Source: Emiliania huxleyi CCMP1516
Taxonomy: Eukaryota
Length of the DNA: 64,000 nucleotides
NCBI RefSeq assembly: GCF_000372725.1
Contig: NW_005202428.1
Span: forward strand, 1,225,331-1,289,330
Direction of reading: 5' to 3'
In this document: positions 22,691 through 33,770 of the stretch, piece by piece
Numbering within the stretch: the first letter of the stretch is position 1
Layout: each line of letters starts with the position of its first letter
Program-made: the position numbers and the translations under genes
The notes under the pieces: generated by a model
What the model was told of the DNA's origin: nothing
Database searches by the model: none
The model's input: only the letters and a program-made list of their open reading frames with translations

Positions 22691-22963
22691 GGCGGCAAGC
22701 GCACCTGCGCGACGTGCTCTTCGCCGCGGAACCGTTTCGAGCGGAGATTTTGCCACCACTTCACATCGGCGGGCGCTCACTCTGTGGGAAGAAAACAGTT
22801 TGCGCCTCACCGCCTCCGCCCTCGCCGCCTCCGCCCTCCTGCCCCCGCCCTCGCCACCTTCATCCTGCTCATCCGCCTCCGTCCGCCCTCGGCGGGCCGC
22901 GGCGCGACCACATCAGTATTCTTTTTGGAAGCACCAAGGCCACGCTCTCCAACGCCCTGCCCG

Positions 22964-24671
22964 ATGGACGACGAGCGGTTCGATGGCATGTACATGAACA
23001 TGGCTGGCCAGCTGGGAGGCATCGACCCGCTGCTGGACGGCTTCTTCGGCTTCCTGCGCCGCAAGACAGACTTCTTCACGGGCGCCGCCTCGGCGGACGC
23101 AGCTGAGGCGACGGTGCTCAAGGCGCTCAGCAAGAACAAAGAGCGGGCAGAGGAGGACGCGCGCGAGAAGGCGGCCAAGGAGAGGAAGCGCAAGGCGGAG
23201 GAGGAGGCGCGCCGTGCGCGAGTCGCCGCCGAGCGCGCCAAGCAGCAGAAGCAGGAGGATGAGAGCCGAATCGTCGACGTGACGGACGAGCTGGCGGCGT
23301 CAGCGAGCGGCGAGGGCGGCGCGGCGGGCGACGCGGCGGCGGGCGACGCGGCGGCGGGCGGCGCGGCCGCGGACAGCGAGGAGGGTGGTGAGGAGAGCAA
23401 GGGCCAGGCGCCAGTCAACAACGGCGGCGTCTGCGGCAACTACAGGTGGGAGCAGTCGCTCGGCGACGTGACGGTGTTTGTGGCGGTGCCCAAGGGGACA
23501 AAGGCGAAGCAGCTCAACGTGCAGATCGGGAAGAAGCGGCTGGTCGTCGGCGTGGCCGGCGCGCCGAGCGGCTGGCTGGCGGAGGTGCATAGACACGGGA
23601 CCAGACCCGCTGAGCCTACTCGGTCTCTTTGTGCAGGCGCACCGAGCGGGCCGCTCGTGGAGGGGGAGCTGCACGCCGCGGTCAAGCTGGAGGCGTCGCA
23701 GCTTCGTAGATGCGGAGAGAAGACGGGCGGGCACAGCCGACCCGAAGAGGAGGGCACCGGCGGCGAAAGGGGTGGCTTGGGCCTCGAGCCCCTGCCGCCC
23801 AGCGACTTGCCGCTGGGAGCTAGACGTGGGAGCTAGACGTGGGAGTGTGCTGCCAGTTGTGGTGGCGACCGGGCTGCCTCGTCTCACTCGTGCGACGGCC
23901 GCCCTGCGCAGGACTCGTCGTGGTCGGTCGAGGACAACGCCAAGGAGGACAACCGGCTGGTGACCCTGACGCTGACAAAGATGAACGGGATGGAGTGGTG
24001 GAACCGCCTCCTTGTGGGCGACGCCGAGATTGACACGCAAAAGGTGGGAGATCAGCCGAGATCAGCCGAGATCAGATTTGAAACTCCGAGGCGCCCGGCG
24101 TCTGTCTGTCTCCTCTCTCTCCCCCTTCTCCCCTCTCCCCTCTCTCCTGAGCTCGGCGAGGCCACGCCCTCCGAGCTTGGCCGAGGTCCGAAAACGGCCC
24201 CCCCTTGCGAGCAGGTGGAGCCGGAGAACTCGAAGCTCTCCGACCTCGACGGCGAGACGCGCCAGGCGCGAGATCTCGCCGATATCTCCCCGATATCTCC
24301 CCGAGAGTCGCCCCGAGAGTCGCCGAGAGCCGCCGAGAGCCGCCGAACTCAGCGACGCGCGCCGGGCGCACTGCGCCTCAGAGAGAGGGTCGAGAGAAGC
24401 CGCCCCTCCCTCTCCCCTTGAGGGGCGGGCAGCCGCGAGAGGCCACATCCGCCCTCCTCCCCTCCCCTCCCCTCCCCCTACCCCTCGCCGCTCCTCACCT
24501 CTCCCCCTCCGCCTCTCCCTCTGCCGCCAGACCGTCGAGAAGATGATGTACGATCAGCGGCAAAAGGCGGCCGGGCTGCCCACCGCCGACGAGCAGAACA
24601 AGCAGGACATGCTGAAGCGCTTCATGGAGCAGCACCCGGAGATGGACTTCTCCAAGGCCAAGATTTGCTGA
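22964..24671 (+). CDS. NUDC: Nuclear distribution protein NudC (p23/CS domain co-chaperone), multi-exon
   Basis: [48 protein letters not shown]...[11 protein letters not shown]. Confidence 0.95.
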
Positions 24672-24960
24672 GCCCGGGCTCGTGCCGGAGGCGGCGGCGG
24701 TGCGAGCGGCGTGCCGAGACACGCAGACGGCGGACCGCGTCATCTGCACGTTGGATTACTTCCTTGGGGTGAAGATCCGTTCGCCGCGGTGTGCACACCG
24801 TCGTGTTTCGGTTCTTGGAGCGCGCACATCCATCGAGGGATGCGCCCACCAACGACACACTCTTCTTCTCGAGCAACATATTGTACAAACGGTTGCGCGC
24901 GACACGTCCGCCGGATTCGGCACACAAGGACAAACAACAAACAACTCTCACAAGGAAAGA

Positions 24961-25273
24961 CGAAAGACGAAAAGAAAGGAAAGCCGACCCAAGGGAGGGA
25001 TGGGGGGAGGACGGCACGCCGCCACCACACAGGGATTTTTTAAGGAGAGGGGTGAGGTGCACTAGCCGTCGCCCACCCTTGGGCGTCCGCCTCTTCCTAT
25101 CTCTCTTCGCAGTCTCTCTCCGATTCTCGCTGCGACCTTCGTGCCACCTCGCGGTCGCCCCCTTCTCGTCGTGCTCTCCCTTGTCGCTTCTTCCTCTGTC
25201 GCGTCGCTCTCCTCTGTCTCGTTCTGCGACGCCGCCGCCGCCTGCCGGTCCCTTGTTCTCGCGGCTTCTTTCG
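24961..25273 (+). repeat. Dispersed repeat family A (~310 bp)
   Basis: Inverted copy at ~32741-33058; partial copies at ~15853-15920, ~16496-16563 and ~35905-35954. Shared cores CCCTGTGTGGTGRCGGCGTG and CCGTCGCCCACCCTTGGGCGTC. Confidence 0.8.
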
Positions 25274-25341
25274 GCACACAAGGAGCGCCACCAATCGTGC
25301 GCGGCAGTGTATTTCTTTCTCGCTGCTGCCGTTGTCCAACG

Positions 25342-26010
25342 ATGGCGACTCCACTGGCCGACGCAGCCGTCGATCATACGTCAAAGCTTGTTGGCGAGGC
25401 GCTCTACATCATCCAGCGCGACGTCGTCAAGCTCACGCTGCTCGCGCTCGGAGCCGCGGGCGTGCGCGTGGTCCGGCGCAACCTCCTGCCACTCCTGCGG
25501 CTAAGCCCGCCGGGCCTTGTGGCGAGCGGCGCGGTGCTCGTCGCGCTGGTGGCCGCCTGGGCGCTCGGCCCCGCGCACGCCGCCGCGCAGGCGAGTGATG
25601 GCGACAGAGGCGGCGCTGCCGCTGCCGCTCCTCCGGCGCGGCAGCCGCTCGGAGCGATCGCCCTCCTGGCCGCCGCGCTGGTGATAGACCGGCTCGACCT
25701 GCTCGTGAAGCTGCGCGACGTGCTACTTAGCCAGGCCCACACACTCGCAGCCACCGCCCTGCCTGCGCTCCGCCGCCTGCTCGGCCTCGCAGCCGAGGCG
25801 CCGCCCCCGCGAAGAATCTCGGCGCCGCACTGGCTGCGCCTCGCCGGCGCGTGCGGGACTGTCGGAGGGTGTGCCGCAGTCGTGCGTGCCGCGGCGGCGC
25901 GGCGGCGAGCTGCGGCGCTGCTGCTGCTCGAGCAGCAGAGGCGCGGGTCGGGCCCACTCGCAGCGCTCAGGCGACTGCTCGCGCGGCTGCCGCCGGCGGC
26001 GGGACGGTGA
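25342..26010 (+). CDS. Hypothetical membrane protein
   Basis: Single ORF from ATG 25342 with several hydrophobic segments; no recognised family. Confidence 0.5.
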   Translation: MATPLADAAVDHTSKLVGEALYIIQRDVVKLTLLALGAAGVRVVRRNLLPLLRLSPPGLVASGAVLVALVAAWALGPAHAAAQASDGDRGGAAAAAPPARQPLGAIALLAAALVIDRLDLLVKLRDVLLSQAHTLAATALPALRRLLGLAAEAPPPRRISAPHWLRLAGACGTVGGCAAVVRAAAARRRAAALLLLEQQRRGSGPLAALRRLLARLPPAAGR

Positions 26011-26244
26011 GGATTCCTCATTCCCAGCCAGTATCGTTAGAGAGTAGTACCGGCCAGTCGTCTGCGCGCGTAGTCAATCAAAATATCCACATAGGAATGT
26101 GGGCCCTTGTAGTTTGAGACCGCGATGAAAATGCATGCGGCTTTACAGTTTAAAGATTAAAAGGAGAGTTTACACCAGTCACGACCGGCGGAGGGGGTGT
26201 GCGGCGTGTGGGAGAACACACCGTGTGCCACCCCTCTGTCGGGA

Positions 26245-26350
26245 ATAAATAAATAAATAAATAAAACGGGCACGCCAAACGAGGGGTGGGAGAAGGACAG
26301 ACAGGGTCCCCACCTGCACGAGCAGGATCTTGTAAGGACGATCAGGGAGA
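26245..26350 (+). repeat. Dispersed repeat family B (~100-130 bp)
   Basis: A-rich run + CCAAACGAGGG...CCCCACCTGCACGAGCAGGAT...GACGATCAGGG. Related copies at ~46560-46660 (-), ~53872-53950 (+) and ~61291-61420 (+). Confidence 0.75.
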
Positions 26351-26432
26351 CCCTGCCCTGCGGGGTATCGCGTTTCTTTTAGTACGCTTTGTAAATTCTT
26401 TAGAGGGGCGCTGTTCGTTTGAGCTGCAAGCA

Positions 26433-27783
26433 ATGGCGGACTCGGACTCCCCTCTCGTCACCGCCCGGCGCAGCCGTCGCCGCGGCGCCGAGGAGCGCGC
26501 TGGACACGAGAACTCCCCGCCTGCTCCCCAGGTCTCCCAGGCGGCGAGCTCCAAGCTGTGGGCGGACGGCGCCCACACCCCGTGCGACTTGGCAAAGGAG
26601 CCGGCCAAGAAGGTGCTGGAGCTGGCCGAGACGACGCTCACCGCCGAGGAGCTTGCAGCGGTACGGATGCAGCGGTCGGCCCGCACCGCCGCGCAGCAGG
26701 CGGCCAAGGAGGCTGCGGGGGAGGAGCTGGTCAAGGCAGGCCGGCGCTTCTCCGAGGTGCTGAGAAGGCGCCGCAGCACGGCAAAGCAGGCGGCGCGCGC
26801 CGCCGCCGAGGCGGAGGCGCGGCACAACCACATTCAGAGGGCGACCTCAGCCGCCATGCGCGCCGCCGACACGGCGGCTCGGACCAAGGCGGAGGCGGAG
26901 GCGAGGATGAGGATGGAGGGGTCGAGGCGGGCGGCGCGGGAGGTCGAGTCGCTCGCGGCGGCGGAGGAGGCGGCGCGCAAGATGGCCGAGGTGGATCTGC
27001 CCGCCGCCGCGGCGGAGGCGACGGCGGCGGCGACGGCGGCCGAGGTCCGGATGAAGGACGCGATGGTCTCCGCCGCGGACGCGGCTCTCGAGGAGGTGGA
27101 GGCGGCCAAGGTGCGGCACGCCAAGGCGACTGCCGCACGGCAGGCGGCGGCGGCGGCCCTCGCCGCGACGGAGGAGGAGATGCGGGTCAAGGTGTGCGGC
27201 GCCCCTCTGGCCCTCTCTCTTGCCTGGCCAACTCGCAAGAGCTGCGCCCTCTAGCGCCCCACACACCCCTCGCCACGCCCCACACACCCCGAGGCCCGCC
27301 CCGCGCTCCTCGAGACCACCCGAGAGTTGTCCGAGGCCCTGTCCGAGGCCCCTGCTCCTCGCGTGCCCGCGTCAGATTGCAGCTGCGCAGCGGCAGCTGC
27401 GCGCCGCGGAGGACTTTGAGGCGGCGAGGCTGGCGGCGGTGGGCGCGGCGGAGGCGGTGGCGGAGGAAGCTGTGGCGGCTGCCAACAGCGAGGTTGTGGC
27501 TGAGAAGATGCTAGAGGTGGCAAAGGATGCGGCCGCCAGCGCCGCCGCGCAGGAGGCTGCGGCCGCCGCGGCGCTCGAAGCGGCGGCAGCAGAGACCCGC
27601 GCAACCAGGGAGGCGGCGGCGGTGGCGGCGGGGTACATGGAGGCGGCCAAGATTGCGTCGCGCCGGCTCGCGTGCGGCGCCCTAAAGCCCGCGACCTCCC
27701 CGCCGCTCTTGCGGCAAGAGACGGCTCCGTCGGTTCTGCTGCACGAGCAGGGCAGCCGCCGCCAGGGCCGGCCGCCGCCGCCG

Positions 27784-27818
<35 letters not shown>

Positions 27819-28152
27819 TCCTCCTCCTCCGGCTCCTCCTCCTCCGGCGAGCGCGTGGGAGAAGCTGCGACAGGGGGGCGCTCGATCGGGCCCATGCATC
27901 GAGTCCGGCGACCAGCCGCCCCTGCTTGGAGTGGAGGAGGCGGCGGAGGAGGCGGAGGAGGCGGCGGCTGCCGCGGCGGAGCTCGCGTCGATGCTTCCGT
28001 CCGTCCCGGCGCACGCGCCCATCCCAGGCGGCATCCGAGCGAAGCACGGCACCGTGCGGGCAAAGGCGCTGGCGGCGATTTATGCCGTCGAGGCCTCCCG
28101 CTCTGCCTTGGAATCAGCTTTGGCGGCTGCAGGGCTGAAGCCAGCTTCCTGA
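26433..28152 (+). CDS. Ala/Glu-rich predicted coiled-coil protein with poly-Pro tract, 2 exons
   Basis: ORF from MADSDSPLVT joined via an intron at ~27192-27374 to IAAAQRQLRAAEDF...PPPPPP...AGLKPAS. Confidence 0.55.
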
Positions 28153-28728
28153 CCACAGTGTGACCTCAGCAGCACGCAGCAGAAACCTCGATGCACGCCC
28201 CTTACGGTTTACGCATGGTCACAGAGTGACAGAGAGAATGTGCACATGAGAGTGGGAGTGAGGTCACGGTCAGGGGCTCAGCCGGGGGGGCGGGCCCGTG
28301 TGCGAGGAAACTTTACATGTCGGCTGGCGCAAAACTATTCACAGCTAATGAAAACCGGATGAAAAACTCTCGGGCCTCTTCCGTGGGGTGATATGTCTGA
28401 CGTGTGAGGTGACGAACGTATAAAGCCCCGTACGTGACAACCCCGCGCCGTACCACGACTCACGACGTCACTCGTCACGCGCCCCGGCGGTCCGCGCCGC
28501 GAGCGCGGCGTCCGGCGTGGGTGCGCGGTGCGGCCCCTGCGCCGCCGGAGCCGGGCCCACCGGGGGGTGCGGGACCATGCGCGACCGCGCGCGCGCGCGC
28601 GGAGGCGCACAAGCGCCAGGCGGGAGGCCTCGAGTACGGTGCGAGAGCGTAGACGCTAGAGCGTGCCGCCCGTGCCTCAGCTCGCCTTCCGTGGCGCGGC
28701 GGCGCGCACGCGCTCTCAGCCGCGCCCC

Positions 28729-31411
28729 CTAGTTGCGAGGGGGTCTGCCGAGGAAGCCGGTGCAGTTTGGCGCGCCGCAATGGCAACGTTGGGCCACCTT
28801 CGGGTCGCCCGACCATTTGACCGAATAGTTGTACGAGAGCTCCTCCCCCTCGGCGATCTCCATGCGCGCGAAGAGGCCGAGGCGCGGCACGCGCTGCACG
28901 TACCACTTCTCCACCTGCAGGTTGGGCGAGCAGCTGTGGTTGATGAAGCGCGCCACGTTGCCCTTGCGCGACGCGTCGACGATCTCGTACGGGTTGAGCG
29001 CCATGAAGTACATGTGCTGATAGCGCGAGAGCGAGCGCTTGCGCTCCTCCCACGTGCCCTCGTCAATCACCTCCCCAACGTACTCGATGACGAGCTCGCC
29101 CTGCGAGATGCTGCGCGTCGCCTTAGACTCAGGCAAGACTCATGAGCAATTCACGATCGGGAGCCATCCACCGCGCGAGATGCGGCGCGTCGCCTTGACG
29201 CCCCACCCCTTGGTCTCGGTCAGGAAGAGCGCCACCGGCGGCGCCTCCTGCGTCGACAGCTCGCGGTTCGCGCACAGCTTGCCGCACGGGCACGTCGCCG
29301 CGTCGCACTCCTGCTGCGAGGCGCGGTTCTGGCAGCGGTGGTCGCAGCCGCCAGTCGCCAGCGAGCAGAGGCAGGGACCCACGTCGGTGGCCGGCAGCAT
29401 CTCGCGCGGCCGACCGTGCGCGTACACCGAGCGGCGGATCTCCTTGTACGCCGGCGGGCCGAACCCGCCCCGCGGCGTGATCTGGTGCGAGCGCAGCTCG
29501 TGGAGCACGTCGGCGGGCAGCTCGAAGGGCCGCTCCTCCGCCCCGGCGGGCAGCCCGAGCCCGCGCCGCGGCAGCTTGGCCGTGCGCAGGCCGGCGAGGG
29601 CGTGCAACGTGTCTCGCACGTCGTTCGGTGCGAGAGTGAGCAGCGGGGCGGCGACCTCGCTGTCTGCAGCAGCCGCCTGCGCGGCCACCAGCGCCTGCGC
29701 GGCCGGCGGCAACCAAGGGTCCGGCGCGTTGAGGCCCTTGGGCGTGTTGTGCGCGCATCGGCGGCAGAGCATCGAGCAGTGCGTCATCTGCAGCTCCACC
29801 TCGCCCGCGCCGCTTGTGCGGTGCAGGCACGAGTGGTGGTGCGCCTATTGTCTCGTGACTGATGAGTGCCGGTGTACTGCTAACGAATGGTGCAGGCACG
29901 AGTGCTGGCGGTGCCGTGCAGCAGCGCACGCACATCTGCATGCCGCGACCGTACTTGGCCTCCTCCGGCCCACCGCACGTGTGGCACCTGCTCACACAAG
30001 AGGCCGTGAAGAAAGAGCAGCGCCTCTTCACGCCAGCCGCGCGTGGCAGCACGCCAATGCCGCGCACAACACAGCAAACCGCGCGCGCTGTCGCCGCCGC
30101 CGCGCGCGCTGTCGCCGGCGCCAGCGCCGGCGCCGCCGCAATTGTCGCCACAGCTGTCAGCCTCACCGGCCCCGCCGGCCCCGCCGCCGCCACAAGCCAC
30201 GCCGCCGCCATAGGCCCCGCCGCTCCCGCCCCCGCCCCCGCCGCCGCCGCCTCCGCCCTCGCCTCCTTCACCGCAGCCGGCGTCGCTGGAGCCAACCTCG
30301 GAAAGGGGCATCCTCTCCACCACCGCCTCCACCTCGACCTCTTCGTCCTCCGACCCCGCCAGCGCCGCCGTCCCCTCCCCCATCGACTCTACAGCTGCGG
30401 CCGACGCAACCTCCGCCGCCTTTGCCGCTGCTGCCTCCTCCGCCGCCGTCGTGCTTGCCGCCGCCGCCGCCGCCGCCGCCCTCGCCGCCGCCGCCCTCGC
30501 CGCCGCCTCCTTTGCCGCCGCCCTCGCCTCCCCCCTCGCCGCCGCCCTGGCCGCCGCCTTGGCCGCCGCCGCCTCGGCCGCCCTGGCCGCCTTTGGGAAG
30601 GGCTGCAGCGAGGCGAGCAGGCAGGCCGGGTGAAACATCTTGCCGCAGTGCCGCGCCTGGAGAGGAAGCCCGGCCGCCCTTCACCCGGCCAAGTCTGCGA
30701 GGCAGAGTCTGCCGAGGCAAAGTCTACCGACTCTGGTCCGCAGGGCCGCCACACGACCGCCGATCCCGCCGGTGGGTGTGCGGGTCGACGGCGGTGGGTG
30801 TGCGGGTCGACGGCGGTGGGTGTGCGGGTCGACGGCGGTGGGTGTGCGGGGCGACGGCGGTGGGTGGATGCAGAGTGGCGGTGTGGTGCTCTCGGAGCCG
30901 ACTTGTCCAGACAGGGGAGCGTGCTGCTCTCTGAGGAGCCACTACGCGTGCACCGCGCACTGCTGCAGCTCGTCGCGCGCCGCCCACTTCTTGCAGCCGA
31001 AGCAGCGGTACCGCCGGGCGAGGCAGTCTGCGCAGCGCCACTTTGCGCGCTCGTCGTGCGGGGGCGGGTTGTTCAGAGGCACGCACTCGATGTGGAAGGA
31101 GCGGCGGCACGGCCCTGCGGAAGGCATGCCGCGCGTGCGGAGGGGAGGGGGGGAGGGGGGCGGAGGGGGCGCCACCGCCGCGGTCTCAGGGCTTGAGCGC
31201 ACCGTCGCAGCAGACCAGCCGCCCCACCTCCTCGCAGAGGGCGCACACGTCCTCCGAGTTGTCGCCGCGCCCGCCCTCGTCCTGCGGCGGAGACGGAGGC
31301 CGCTGAGAGGCATGAGGGAGGGAGATGAGAGAGAGAGATGAGATGAGAGAGGGATAGAGATGAGGAGAGGGAGAGAGGGAGGGAGAGAGAGATGATAACG
31401 AGAGAGTGGAG

Positions 31412-31472
<61 letters not shown>

Positions 31473-32378
31473 AGAGAGAGAGAGAGAGCAGAGAGAGAGA
31501 GAGGCGTAGTCCCGGCTCCTCCAGTGCACGAGCCCGCTTGCCTCCCGCCTGACGCGCCCGCAGCCGGCCGGCGGACCGGTCGATCCACTCGTCCCACTTT
31601 GCAGGCCAGCCCTGGTAGTGCACGCGCACGCTGCTCTCGGAGGAGAGGAGCACCTGTGGGTGCACGAAGGGGCAGCTGTGACTACACCCCATCCCAAGAG
31701 CTGCGGTCCGAGGAGAGAAGGAGCTGCCCCGAGGGGCGGAGACGAGAGCTGGGGTTGGGTGGGCGGGTGGGCGGGCGGGGATGGTGGTGGCGGGGTGGTG
31801 GTGTGGGGGGGAGGGGGGGAGGGGAGAAGAGGCAGACGCGCAGAGGGGGAGAGGCGTGGCGCGTACCTTTGAAGCACACCACTTTCCCTCGAGGTCGAGC
31901 GCCTCGACGACTGAGCCGATCTGCCAGTCGTCGGGCATCCGCTCCGTCCCCCAGCCGCGGTGCGGCCGGATTCGCGCCGACGCCTGCAGCGACCGGGCGT
32001 GGGAACGGTGGCGATGGCAGCAGAGGAAAAGACAGACATTGCAGCAGCGATTGCAGCAGCGGCGGTGGCTGCTGCTGCGGCGGTGGCTGCTGCGGTGGCG
32101 GCAGCTTAATTTCGGCGTTTGGGAAATGGCGGCGCGCGCGAGCGGCAGCTGGCTGGGCAGTGGCGCCGAGGGAGGCGGCGAGCGTGGGCACTAGCTGCGA
32201 GTGCGTGTGCGAGTGCCTGAGGCAGCCACTCATCATAGCTGTCGCTCCAGCCGTCAAAGTGGAGGAGCACGCTCAGCCCCTCCGACGCCTGCTGCACCAC
32301 ACGCGCCGGGTACCACTGCCCCTCGAGGTCGAGCGCCTCCACGAGGTCGCCCACGCGGAGCAGCTTCACGGGTGCCAT
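28729..32378 (-). CDS. NSD/ASH1/Set2-type histone lysine methyltransferase (2 Tudor/chromo-barrel-like + PHD + AWS-SET-postSET)
   Basis: VGDLVEALDLEGQWYPARV...HFDGWSDSYDEW; second copy VHYQGWPAKWDEW; PHD CALCEEVGRLVCCDG/CRRSFHIEC; AWS CQNRASQQEC; SET KGWGVKA, EYVGEVI, ARFINHSCSPN, EELSYNY; postSET CHCGAPNCTGFLG. Confidence 0.9.
31413..31502. repeat. (GA)n microsatellite in an intron
   Basis: Direct GA run. Confidence 0.95.
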
Positions 32379-32740
32379 GTCGGCCCCAGCACCATGCAGC
32401 TTTGAGAGGCCACACAGAGTGCGCGAAAAAGAATTTTACCTCTTCGCGAGCGCGTGGATTCGCGTACGCACGCGTTATATCTATCTATCTCTATCTTTCC
32501 CGCCTTTGGATTAGGCCGCACAGGGCCGGGAATCATCTGTAGAGGCACGAGTGTTCGAAGAGAGAGTGGACCTGAGCAACAACATGACCTGTAGGCAAAT
32601 GATCGGAGTGGGGGTCAGAAATGAGAGAGATTTTTAGCAATACTTGTTTGTTGTCAGAAATGTGGTCCTTGCGCGAGGGGAGCTCGATAGACTCGAGGGG
32701 CCAGGATACGCCGCGAGGAGGACGGAGTTGCGCCGAAAGG

Positions 32741-33058
32741 CGAAAGAAGCTGCGAGAACAAGGCTCAAGGGACCGGCAGGCGGCGGCGTCGCAGGACGAG
32801 GCAGAAGAGAACGACGCGACAGAGGAGGAAATGACAAGGGAGAGAACGACGAGAGTGGGACGACCGCGAGGTGGCATGAAGGTTGCAGCGAGAAGCGGCG
32901 AGAGACTGCGAAGAGAGATAGGAAGAGGCAGACTCCCTAGGGTGGGCGACGGCTAGCACCACACTCTCTCTCTCCACACTCCTCTCCTTAAAATCCCTGT
33001 GTGGTGGCGGCGTGTCCTCCCATCCCTCCCTTTGGTTCTCTGTTTTCTTTCTTTCTTT
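32741..33058 (-). repeat. Dispersed repeat family A, inverted copy
   Basis: Reverse complement closely matches 24961-25273. Confidence 0.8.
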
Positions 33059-33770
33059 TTCGCACTGGCACTAACACAGGCGAAAAAGAAATAAGCTGGG
33101 CTTCCCTTCAGGCTGCTGCAAAGGCGGCTGCTCAGGCGGCCGCTCAGGCCGCTCAGGCGGCCGCTCTCGGACGGTACAGGTTGGTCAACGCTTGGTTCTA
33201 TCCACGCGGCGACTGGTACACCTTCTACTGGGATGGCAGCTCGGCCGACAAGGTCGCAAGGCGCGCTACCTACCCGACGCTCGAGCACGACGACCACGAC
33301 CCCGGCCCCCTCGCAGAGCGCATCAGGCGCGACAAGCGCGAGGCGTCCCACCGCTCCTCCGACGACTCCTCCTCCGACCGCGACTCGTGCGGCACCGGCT
33401 CCACTAGCGAGGCGAATGACATATTCGACACCCTCGAAGACCATCTCGGCTACGGTTCCGACTCCGGCTCCGGCTGGTAGTCGACAAGCTGCCGAGCGCA
33501 AATCACTCTGTGTGACACATTTCTTGTTGGCTTCTAAAAATCTCTCTCTCTAATGGACACCACACTGCACTCGACTGCACGCCCCACACCACCACTCCAC
33601 ACTCGCTTGCGGGAGGAAAATTCTTCCCTTCTTGCAGGGAGACTTCTTTTGTTTAAATTCTCTGCCAGTCCGCGCCAGTCCGCGCCCTTGTCGTGCCAGT
33701 GTGCTGTGAGAGAGGCTTATTTTAAGAATTCTTCCCTTCGTGCGAAGAGCAAGCGCCCGCTCGCCGTGCG

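Noticed and set aside
33001..33480. 159-aa ORF
   Set aside because: It begins inside repeat family A and no domain is recognised; possibly a mobile-element remnant.
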